Positions 30,401 through 38,211 of a stretch of DNA of 64,000 nt are shown here, piece by piece. This DNA is from Fidelibacterota bacterium (lineage in GTDB: Bacteria; Fidelibacterota; UBA2242), in the NCBI GenBank assembly GCA_018002295.1, contig JAGNGI010000003.1, forward strand, positions 3,666 through 67,665, written 5' to 3'. The position numbers and the translations under genes were made by a program. How positions within the stretch are numbered: position 1 is the first letter of the stretch; every line of letters begins with the position of its first letter. Under the pieces are notes generated by a model. It made no database searches and had not been told where the DNA came from. It was given only the letters and a program-made list of their open reading frames with translations.

Positions 30401-30741
30401 TATTTTTTAATAACCTGGCGTTCGGCTGTGCCGCTTGGCCAGTTCATCTCATCGTAAATCCAGATGTTCAAGCCGATTTCTCGACCTTTTTTAACGGCAA
30501 ATTTTACCCGCTCAAACCATTTTTCGGATAAATAGGGAATTTTTAACCCAAAGCGTCCGTGAATAAATAAACCCGTAATACCTTTGGCTTTGTATTCTTT
30601 TAACTGCCACTCCATCTCCGCCTCGTCCATTTCGCCGTTCCAAAACCAGAATGGCAAAATACCCATTTCCAGCGGGGGATTCTTAAAATTTTCACAGTTT
30701 AATTCTTTGTCTGGCCACAGTTCATTTAGCAACTTCATCAA
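27475..30741 (-). CDS. Large cytoplasmic glycoside-hydrolase-like protein with two galactose-binding-like (GH2 sugar-binding-type) domains
   Basis: 1088 aa with no signal peptide. N-terminal ILPFWFWNGEMDEAEMEWQLKEYKAKGITGLFIHGRFGL is TIM-like. Two jelly-roll-like segments (FINGTEVKDTG...NLIAVQLV and INDSGPIIVPWHPYQIDITDLVRPGKNTFRFSITN) resemble the GH2 N-terminal sugar-binding domain. The family is not resolved. Confidence 0.4.
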   Translation of the reverse strand: MMKLLNELWPDKELNCENFKNPPLEMGILPFWFWNGEMDEAEMEWQLKEYKAKGITGLFIHGRFGLKIPYLSEKWFERVKFAVKKGREIGLNIWIYDEMNWPSGTAERQVIKKYPYLSQKYLEMVTLFINGPLFIYLEATDSRYINTGDSKPIAAYICSAEEYRTGIKNIIDVTPNLSFNKVIPWEAPAGNWVLMYFLEKEIDYYIDALNPEATKRFIELTHEQYKTAVGAEFGKIVPGFYTDEPAMHYFQVGTDNYVIPWSQRMFKIFRERNGYSIKPHLAALYANVGRDTARIRYDFWKTLSDQYDDSYYKQLRDWCAENGVLFTGHILFENWLRGHARCEGNVMQHLSNLHLTGVDHLYPKIGSEEQPGEHVELKMASSITHHLGKKRLLCESMGGTYWDCTLERMKWIANWEYSLGVNLFNNHGYHYSIEGERKRDWPPSQFYHHTWWKYYNEFTRYMARLGHALTGGKHIAKILILYPITSIWANYVPQAPDDISRLIEMDFNYLTDALLHLHYDFDYVDEDILINARLNGNRLEIADESYELIILPPVTHIKKATLDKIKAFVNNGGKLIADILLPVEQFIDGKPSKSRAVDELFGVKPNCILADFQSGKNEVNQLKMLQPGVCLIQGGGLAKDRRRQDIKEAIESCITADVQIGHSEVFYLHRVKDGRHLFYFVNTLQQDIGEVDISLETVGRPELWDPATGAVKELSVFDIINNRLCFRLTFGASQTFLVILHNDLPDSYISATNLVIEKTEANFITGYIKNGDLAKLTLKTGGKQKDIVQMVPKNPPPLILPEVMNFKIENDNTLCLAKWKMLVSNECSNDNYAALDYDDDHWLPVTIGAWEMQLPEEPDDIHYPQTLWYRIPFQIEELPNRVKLLIDGFSGSSFRLFINGTEVKDTGQRSQLDAEIREINIHSYVHPGRNLIAVQLVVQRRTDGILDLIKITGDFALKLNDDGYSIVLPKKEVNIGDWCQQGYPYFSGTGTYSKELTIPADFCKGMLFLDIECGEDVLELQINDSGPIIVPWHPYQIDITDLVRPGKNTFRFSITNTLINTLEAVPKLSGLLKPPVITNYQLLKIKID

Positions 30742-30967
30742 GTAATTCCTTAACCTTTGTTAATTTTCAATTTGCAATTATTAGTTTTTCAATTTGCCAA
30801 AATATCAATCAGTTATTTTAACAATTGGAAAATCTTAGTCGCCCTCGGGATTGGCTATTTTTTTTATCATAGACAAGTAAAATACGGTAAAAAAGGGATA
30901 ATTCATCTTCATTAAAACCAATTCATCATAACCTAAATTGAGATTATTAACTCCCATGCCAATATTA

Positions 30968-31969
30968 TTAAAACCTTAACATCACTGTAAACTGATGAGC
31001 TGAATTAAGGTAATCATAATCCACGAAGGAATAATCCACGACAAGATTGGTAAAATCCATCGGAATATTTAATGCCGCTCCAACACTAAAATGCCCCTCT
31101 TCCCGGTTGGTACGGTAACCAGTACGTAAGGCAATGCGATTCCATAACCAGTATTCGGCTCCAATATTTAACCGTTCGGCATAATCATTAGAGTGAATCG
31201 CGTCAATGTTCAGAGAAAGACGCTGTTTATTAGGATTTCCGCCAAGAAACAAATCTTTGCCACCTAATAAATCTATTGACGTCCCTATCCGAAATACTAA
31301 GGGGACCTCATACTGTTGTTCTTCTCTCTGCTGGGTTTTCAACCAACGGGCTTGCGAAGCAAAATTTTGCGCCGTCATTGCAAGCCGAATGCCTTTCCAC
31401 CCCGTATTATAATACGTACCAACATCAAAAGCCCATAAACTGGTTGAATAGGTATAAAGGTCTTCTCTTAAATATTTGGTGCGAATACCTATAGACAATC
31501 TATCGGTAAACTTTTTTGAAAATGAAAGACCAACCGAGAGATCGCCCCCGGAGAAATTTAATCCGGTGCGAGTATCAAGTTTACCATCGGGACTGGTTAC
31601 TAGGGCTTCCGGAATATCACCGTAATCCATCGCGATATAATCAAGCGCAATACTTCCCAATCGGTCAACCGTTAGCCCAACTGCTCCAGCGGTAACATTT
31701 AGATCCCCAATCCACTTTGTATAGCTGAAAGAAGATTCTAATCGTTGCATCTGAGTAATGGCAGCGGGATTCCAGAAAACAGCATCAATGCTATTTAAAT
31801 TTGCGATACAGGCTTCCCCCATTGCAGATGAGCGGGCTCCTATACCGATTTTTAAAAACTGAAGGGAGGTGCGACCGGCTTTATTAAAACCTTCTACCCT
31901 CAGATTTGTAGCGAAAAAAATCATTGCAGAAAGAGTTACAATTTTAATTTTTCTATTATGTAACATCAT
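30968..31969 (-). CDS. Outer-membrane beta-barrel protein, PorV/PorQ-like (T9SS-associated) family
   Basis: Signal peptide. TSLQFLKIGIGARSSAMGEA N-terminal motif. Ends in ...FTVMLRF with a terminal Phe (OMP signature). Confidence 0.45.
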   Translation of the reverse strand: MMLHNRKIKIVTLSAMIFFATNLRVEGFNKAGRTSLQFLKIGIGARSSAMGEACIANLNSIDAVFWNPAAITQMQRLESSFSYTKWIGDLNVTAGAVGLTVDRLGSIALDYIAMDYGDIPEALVTSPDGKLDTRTGLNFSGGDLSVGLSFSKKFTDRLSIGIRTKYLREDLYTYSTSLWAFDVGTYYNTGWKGIRLAMTAQNFASQARWLKTQQREEQQYEVPLVFRIGTSIDLLGGKDLFLGGNPNKQRLSLNIDAIHSNDYAERLNIGAEYWLWNRIALRTGYRTNREEGHFSVGAALNIPMDFTNLVVDYSFVDYDYLNSAHQFTVMLRF

Positions 31970-32010
31970 TTTTTATTCCTCGGCATATCAATTTTACTCT
32001 TTAGCTTCAT

Positions 32011-34230
32011 TCAGCGAATAATCATTAGCTTACCAATCGTTCGTTTCCCTTTTGTCCCTTCGGTGTGCGATTCAATGGCATAAATATAAAGACCCGGTGC
32101 TACTCTTAATCCGGAATCGGTACGTTGATCCCAGGCTACACTGCCAAATAAATTACCATAAGTATCTGGCCCATGTTCAATCGTTTTGACTAAATCACCA
32201 GAAACGGTGAAAATTTTAATCGTCGCTCTTTCCGGCAGATTACGAAATTCAATTTTATAAGGCGTCGGATCGCCGAAACTACGCTCAGGGTCACCTTCTA
32301 CATAGGGATTCGGGGCAACGAATACATCCCAGCCAGCAGTAATGTCAACTGGTCCAGGTCTGGCTCCCGTCAAAGGAGTCATATTGTAATCATCACTGAC
32401 CAGTTCCCCTAGATTATCAACGATAGTATGATTGGCCGAAACCCAGGTTTTAGGATTTGAATAATAAGCCTGAACATAATACCGGAAATCAAAACCAAAC
32501 TGCAAATCCTTATCGAGATACACATATTTACCAATTTCTGCATTCCAATAGCGATTGGCTTCTTCAATGGGAATATCAACAACTTCATTCCAAATGCCCC
32601 GTTTGTCAATACCGCGGAATATTCGATAGCCACTCAGATCAGTTGAACCATCATAAAATTTATTCCCAGCCCCGTCCGTTATTACCGCCTCTTCGGCTAG
32701 TTTATCCCACTGAATTGCAATAATGGCAGTATCTGAACCTTGAGAAGCATTAGTTGCGCTACAATTAGGAGCCGGCGGTGATTCGGGCACATCCGCCGCT
32801 AAATTAATTCCTTCAACCGTTGCTCCAAATCCCCACTTTAATGCTCTACGAGCGGCTTCGGCATTACGACGAATATCGGCAATCGAACTATCGGGATACC
32901 AGTGATTGGGATCACCATGAATTACTTCATGATAATCCAAACTCCCGGCTACTTCAGCGAGTATTAACCGCACAGAATCACCTGGCGCGAGATAATATGG
33001 GCCAAAAGTAGCAGTATAAAAACAATACATATCACCATTATTTTCTTCAGGAATCCGATTATGAGTGATAAAATCGAACATTCCTTTTTCTCCCAGCCGT
33101 TCAATCGAAAAGTACTCGTTCATATCCAACGCTCGGCCTTGGAATTGCTCACCCTCATCGGAATAAATATTGAAATAATTAGGATCCGCCTCAAAAGGAT
33201 CCGCGTCAGAATCCGTCGGAGGAGTTCTATACAGAAACACAAATCCAAAGCAGGCGGGATCTTGCAATTCTATATTTTCATAACTTTGATTATACTTCAA
33301 TCGTGTTTGCCAATCCGATCTTTTACTATAGGTATCGTTTGGATGCGGCTCTCGCCCCCCATTAAAATCCCGACTGTAAAAAAACAGTCCCTTGCTATCA
33401 TCCCCATCATTCTCGACCGCAAAATAATCGGTATATGTTCCACCATTTTCAAGTTGCTTCCAGCCTCCAAATCCACCAGCCGGAGCTGCCGAACTCATAA
33501 AATCAGGATCGTAATGAAAATTCAGATGACCTTTAGTTGAGACCTGGATTCCGCTATGAAAAACCACAAATACCGAATCAAAAGTTTGTTCGTAATGTTT
33601 GACTTCTCCCAGAGCTGGAATAACCATCTCACCAGTATTGATAAATACATAATCATAAACAATAAAATCATCATAATCCGGAAAACTCCAAGCCATAGAG
33701 CGCATCTTAACCGAAATGCCGGTTGCTGTTGGGAATTCGCAGTAATTGATTTCCTCCGGCAATAATGGATTAAACTGGGACGTCCCTACGAAATTATTCG
33801 TTTTTATAAAGGGTGGATAATTCCATAAAATACCATGACTTCCACCAGCAAAGGAGCTGTGATAAAAAAGATATTCCTGATATTGTGGATCATAATCCGG
33901 AGCTACTAATACATCACCGCCTTTAATTACTAATGCCGGACCACTACGAAAATTGTGAAAATTGGCATCAGTAATCCAGCCGTTAGCGAGTTGTTCATTA
34001 TTGGGAAATGAATATCCAGAAAAGCCAGGATAAAATCCCAAACCGGAAGTCTCTTCATAATCCCAGACGCCCAAATCTCCGATTAAACCTACATTATTGA
34101 GCGTTTCCCATAGTTTCCCGCGAGTATGGGTTGACTTCCGCTGAGCAAAAGATTCACTCCAACCAGTCAACAGTCCTAAAATGATAACTAAGTGAATATA
34201 ATAATTTTTTACTTTCATAGTACCAACCAC
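32011..34230 (-). CDS. Secreted hypothetical protein with a T9SS C-terminal sorting domain
   Basis: Signal peptide. The C-terminal ~80 aa (IKIFTVSGDLVKTIEHG...GLYIYAIESHTEGTKGKRTIGKLMIIR) fits a Por secretion tail. The rest has no recognisable family. Confidence 0.5.
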   Translation of the reverse strand: MVGTMKVKNYYIHLVIILGLLTGWSESFAQRKSTHTRGKLWETLNNVGLIGDLGVWDYEETSGLGFYPGFSGYSFPNNEQLANGWITDANFHNFRSGPALVIKGGDVLVAPDYDPQYQEYLFYHSSFAGGSHGILWNYPPFIKTNNFVGTSQFNPLLPEEINYCEFPTATGISVKMRSMAWSFPDYDDFIVYDYVFINTGEMVIPALGEVKHYEQTFDSVFVVFHSGIQVSTKGHLNFHYDPDFMSSAAPAGGFGGWKQLENGGTYTDYFAVENDGDDSKGLFFYSRDFNGGREPHPNDTYSKRSDWQTRLKYNQSYENIELQDPACFGFVFLYRTPPTDSDADPFEADPNYFNIYSDEGEQFQGRALDMNEYFSIERLGEKGMFDFITHNRIPEENNGDMYCFYTATFGPYYLAPGDSVRLILAEVAGSLDYHEVIHGDPNHWYPDSSIADIRRNAEAARRALKWGFGATVEGINLAADVPESPPAPNCSATNASQGSDTAIIAIQWDKLAEEAVITDGAGNKFYDGSTDLSGYRIFRGIDKRGIWNEVVDIPIEEANRYWNAEIGKYVYLDKDLQFGFDFRYYVQAYYSNPKTWVSANHTIVDNLGELVSDDYNMTPLTGARPGPVDITAGWDVFVAPNPYVEGDPERSFGDPTPYKIEFRNLPERATIKIFTVSGDLVKTIEHGPDTYGNLFGSVAWDQRTDSGLRVAPGLYIYAIESHTEGTKGKRTIGKLMIIR

Positions 34231-34235
34231 TTCTA

Positions 34236-37103
34236 TTATTGAAAACTTAAAGCCATGCCCACGGTGATTTTCCTGGGAAGGTTTGTATATTTGGCATAAT
34301 CTGGAAAAGGGGCACCGTTAGTCATTTTTTCCGGATAGACCATTAAGTTAGAATTGATATAACGAACTTGATCTTCGGCCGAAATATCACCTTCCATAAG
34401 ATCAACATTATGCCATTTATCATTAAAAGCATTCTGCATCTCAATGAAAATTGCAGGCCTGGTACCCTTGAATCCTTTGAATTCTTTTCTCACCCGAATA
34501 TTAGCATTCTTATTTGCCGGGCGAATGATGTTAACTGCTCCCTGATAAACGTCACTTGAAATTTGCTTATGGGGATACGAAACATAATAATCAATTGAGA
34601 ACTGTGTATTTGCTAAAACACCACCTAACGGTGAAAAATTCGACGGAGCCGCCAGAGTCAGGTTAGCACTGAGACTGGGACGCATATAGTATAGTTGATC
34701 ACCAATATCAAAATCCTGGCTGGCATGAACCGTTACATTGGGAGGGTAAATAGTAAAAGGGTCACCGGATTGTCCCACGATACCTGTTTCCCAGGTATAA
34801 GTCAAATAACCTCCCCAGAAACCACGTAAAGGACGTCGTAAAGTAAACTCGACGCCTTTGGCATCAGCATAATCAGAATTACCGGATGTATGATACTGTT
34901 GTTCATTATATGTTATGACAGTAATACTTCGAACATCGTTAGTGCGATCCTTATAAAAAGCGGTAACATCCGCCAATACTGGTCCAAAATCCTGCTCGAT
35001 ACCTAATTCATACGCCACTGTTTTCCGCGGGCGCAGTTCACGATTCCCCAGATTACGGGGTTCGATACTGCCAAATTCGGGATCAATAATATAAGTTGAT
35101 AAAATGCTATAGGTCTGCTCACCTTCACCATACTCGCCGAATGATGCACGTTGGAAAAAATGACCATAATTAAAATGTAAGAGGGATTTCTCGGTTATTG
35201 GATGTGACACCCCAATTCTCGGGGATAACTGCCCAAATGTATAGGTTGGTTTGGTTTTGGGATTCGGTTCACGTCCTTCCAATTCTGCCGTAATAATATC
35301 GAAAGGATCGTATGGATCGAGATAAATAACATCATTAGGATTATAAAAATCATATCGCAGTCCGAGATTCATAATTAATCCTTCAAATTCCAGCTTATTT
35401 GACCACCAGATGTTTCCCTCATAAGGATGGTAGATTTTATCCTCAACGGCTTCCCAAGCACGCGCCTCCTGATAACGGTCAAAAGTATAATAGGTAAAGC
35501 CGAAACCACTCCGCATCTGCCAGTTTTTATTGATCTGTCGAGTCAATTTACCCGTAAGAGTCAAATCGGTATTACGATCCTCCTTACGATACCAGTAACC
35601 GATATAGTGTAAACCGTAGATTTCCGCCCAGGCATCGGGTATCGCAAAGCCTTGCGAATCGTAAGCTCGTAAATAATCCCGGCGTATATCGCTGGTGGTC
35701 CAGTCTGCCGTATCGCTCGGAAACTTCGTCTGGCTCTCATAATTGAATACCCGCGATAAATGGAGTTCGTAAAAAGTATTTTTATCGAGATTGTGAACAA
35801 ATTTCAAAGTCTGACCATTGCGCCTATATACAGGGTAACCAGCTTCATCATAATAAGCATACTTATTACCATAATCACCTTCGTACTCCATTGATTCCAT
35901 ACCATGGCAAGTATTATCCTGATTATAATATCCCGAAAATACTAATAATTTATTTCCTCCCAAAGAATAGCTGATTTTATAAGTACCATCAAGCCAACTA
36001 CCCATCTTGCGATAAGCATTGCCCGTAATTGGTGGTGCCGTACGATAACGACCGGATAAAAAGAACCTAAGGTTTTTAATCGGAGTCGGTCCACCGAAAG
36101 AAAATTCGGTTTGGTAACCACTTCGATTGGTATAATCCGTCAAGGGTTGATGAGTATCTATATAAAATTGATAAGCCTGCTCCGGTGTCCAGGAACATGA
36201 CGGATCGTTGCCGTAGCGACCATTCGGATCAACCCACATATCGGGATTATCAATCCACCATTGCAAATGGCGTGCATGCGTATTCTCCCAATATCGCTCT
36301 GTCGAATAATCGTAAAGTGCAGTTCCCCAGTGATATAAACCGGGAGGAATCCAGCGAAATTCTACTGCACCGACATAATGATCCGGTCCCTCTTTAGTAA
36401 TTATATTAAAAACACCCGATTGAGCTTCACCGTACTCAGCATCAAAACCACCGGTAATAATTTCCAGTTCCTCAATTGCCATCAGATTAACATTAAAATA
36501 AGGCTGAGAATTCAAAGGATTTCGTGCCCGCATTCCATCAATCATAAATGCTACCTGATCCAACGTTCCCATTCGGACTGTCAACTCACCGTAGGGATTA
36601 TAATCAATTCCAGGCATTGAGGTAAGTATATCGGAAAGCTGAGATACCGGCCGTGACTTTATATCAGTTTCTTCAACAACGACTCTACTCGAAGTTTTAT
36701 CTAACTCGATCAGAGGTCTTTCGGCTACAACTGTCACGGCTTCGCCAAATTCCAATACGGTCTCTTCTAACTCAAAATCTACGCGAGTGGTGTGGTTAAC
36801 ACTAACGTTTACCTCAGTTTTAATAACTTGTTTATATCCAATCATCGAAGCCTGGAGACTATAAATACCGGGTGCAACATTTATGATATAATAATCACCT
36901 TCCATATCGGTAGCGGCTCCCATTTCTGTCCCGACGATAATAATGTTCACGCCAGGTAAGGGATTGCCTGTCTTCTTATCAATAACCTTCCCTACAATCT
37001 TACCATCACTCGCCGCATATCCCAACGAAATAAGCAACATAAAGCCAAGGAAAGTTCGACTAATTAATCTCCTGATTTGCAAATATGCTTTCTTGGAAAT
37101 CAT
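34236..37103 (-). CDS. TonB-dependent receptor with an N-terminal carboxypeptidase-regulatory-like domain; the ORF extends to 37172 but the likely start is the Met at 37103
   Basis: GKIVGKVIDKKTGNPLPGVNIII is a CarbopepD_reg-like domain. The plug region is ELEIITGGFDAEYGEAQSGVFNIITKEG. The protein is about 950 aa. No SusD-like gene is adjacent. Confidence 0.7.
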   Translation of the reverse strand: MISKKAYLQIRRLISRTFLGFMLLISLGYAASDGKIVGKVIDKKTGNPLPGVNIIIVGTEMGAATDMEGDYYIINVAPGIYSLQASMIGYKQVIKTEVNVSVNHTTRVDFELEETVLEFGEAVTVVAERPLIELDKTSSRVVVEETDIKSRPVSQLSDILTSMPGIDYNPYGELTVRMGTLDQVAFMIDGMRARNPLNSQPYFNVNLMAIEELEIITGGFDAEYGEAQSGVFNIITKEGPDHYVGAVEFRWIPPGLYHWGTALYDYSTERYWENTHARHLQWWIDNPDMWVDPNGRYGNDPSCSWTPEQAYQFYIDTHQPLTDYTNRSGYQTEFSFGGPTPIKNLRFFLSGRYRTAPPITGNAYRKMGSWLDGTYKISYSLGGNKLLVFSGYYNQDNTCHGMESMEYEGDYGNKYAYYDEAGYPVYRRNGQTLKFVHNLDKNTFYELHLSRVFNYESQTKFPSDTADWTTSDIRRDYLRAYDSQGFAIPDAWAEIYGLHYIGYWYRKEDRNTDLTLTGKLTRQINKNWQMRSGFGFTYYTFDRYQEARAWEAVEDKIYHPYEGNIWWSNKLEFEGLIMNLGLRYDFYNPNDVIYLDPYDPFDIITAELEGREPNPKTKPTYTFGQLSPRIGVSHPITEKSLLHFNYGHFFQRASFGEYGEGEQTYSILSTYIIDPEFGSIEPRNLGNRELRPRKTVAYELGIEQDFGPVLADVTAFYKDRTNDVRSITVITYNEQQYHTSGNSDYADAKGVEFTLRRPLRGFWGGYLTYTWETGIVGQSGDPFTIYPPNVTVHASQDFDIGDQLYYMRPSLSANLTLAAPSNFSPLGGVLANTQFSIDYYVSYPHKQISSDVYQGAVNIIRPANKNANIRVRKEFKGFKGTRPAIFIEMQNAFNDKWHNVDLMEGDISAEDQVRYINSNLMVYPEKMTNGAPFPDYAKYTNLPRKITVGMALSFQ

Positions 37104-37171
37104 TATTTTATCCCTACGAAAGTTTGATTTTGTCGTTTTATTTATTTTACTAATCATTATTTTCAATCCCA

Positions 37172-38122
37172 TTAAGGTTCAATGACAGCTTTAATAAATC
37201 CTTTGGGCTTTTCCTGCGCCGCACAAAACGCCGCCTCAATCTCATCTAATTTAAATTTATGAGTTATCAATGGTTTCATATTTATTTTCTGCTCATTTAA
37301 GAGCTTGATCCCAATTTCCGCTCCGCGTAAAATTGTCGCCATATCTCTAAAATGAGCATTGACAATATTAAAAGCCATCCAATTCCAATATCCCAAATCT
37401 TTAATAATTCTCTGCCCTGGATGATATCCAAAAATAACTAACTTCCCTTCCATCCGTAGTAAGTCAACGGCTAAGTCAAGACTTGCTTGATTGCCACCGA
37501 CTTCAAATACTACATCTGCTCCCCGACCATTAGTCATATCCCAAATAATAGCTGGGACATCTTCTTCCTGCGGATTAATGACCAAATCTGCTCCTAACAT
37601 TTTTGCCTTATCGAGAATTTCAGCGCGAACATCAACACCAATAATCCGAGAAGCACCTTTCAAAGCAATCTGTTGCATTAAGATGAGTCCCATAAATCCA
37701 GTTCCGACTAAAACTACCGTATCGCCTAATTCAACTCCGGCTTTGATTACCCCATTTGTCGTGCAAGCTATCGGTTCAGCCATAGCTTCGGCAAAACTTA
37801 TCTGATCAGCAATGGGGAAAATTTGATTGGCTCGAACCGCAACTTCTTCGGCGTAACCAGCTCGATCAGTCCAGACTGCAACTCGATCTCCTCTTTTAAA
37901 TCCTTTAACGGCACTTCCACATTTCAGAATTTCACCAGACACTTCATGACCGATATATCGCGGATATTCCAAGTTATCGAGAGTTTTTGCCCATTGATGA
38001 ATTTCGGAATGACAAACTCCGCAGGCTCGGACGCGAACTAAGCATTCATCATCCTTTATATCCGGACTTTCTTTTGTTTCTATTCTAAAATCATGGGCGC
38101 CATAAAGAGCCGCGATGCGCAT
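37172..38122 (-). CDS. Zn-dependent medium-chain alcohol/polyol dehydrogenase (sorbitol/threonine dehydrogenase-like)
   Basis: CGVCHSE is the catalytic Zn motif. LVGTGFMGL is a Rossmann motif. 316 aa. Confidence 0.75.
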   Translation of the reverse strand: MRIAALYGAHDFRIETKESPDIKDDECLVRVRACGVCHSEIHQWAKTLDNLEYPRYIGHEVSGEILKCGSAVKGFKRGDRVAVWTDRAGYAEEVAVRANQIFPIADQISFAEAMAEPIACTTNGVIKAGVELGDTVVLVGTGFMGLILMQQIALKGASRIIGVDVRAEILDKAKMLGADLVINPQEEDVPAIIWDMTNGRGADVVFEVGGNQASLDLAVDLLRMEGKLVIFGYHPGQRIIKDLGYWNWMAFNIVNAHFRDMATILRGAEIGIKLLNEQKINMKPLITHKFKLDEIEAAFCAAQEKPKGFIKAVIEP

Positions 38123-38211
38123 ATTATTCCTTTCTTTACATCAATTTTTCAACGACCAAAGTATAGTCAGGAGGGGTGGATAAAAATTTACCACCCCTCC
38201 TTTGACTTTTT

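Noticed and set aside
30742-30967. An intrinsic terminator at gccctcgggattggc followed by a T8 run
   Set aside because: The T-run is on the plus strand, where no gene is transcribed. For the minus-strand operon it would read as an A-run preceding a weak stem. It is more likely just an AT-rich promoter region.
37097-37175. Short direct repeat aatcattatttt occurring twice about 53 bp apart at the TonB-receptor start
   Set aside because: It is too short and AT-rich to distinguish from chance. It coincides with the duplicated IMISK start region, which only affects start-codon choice.
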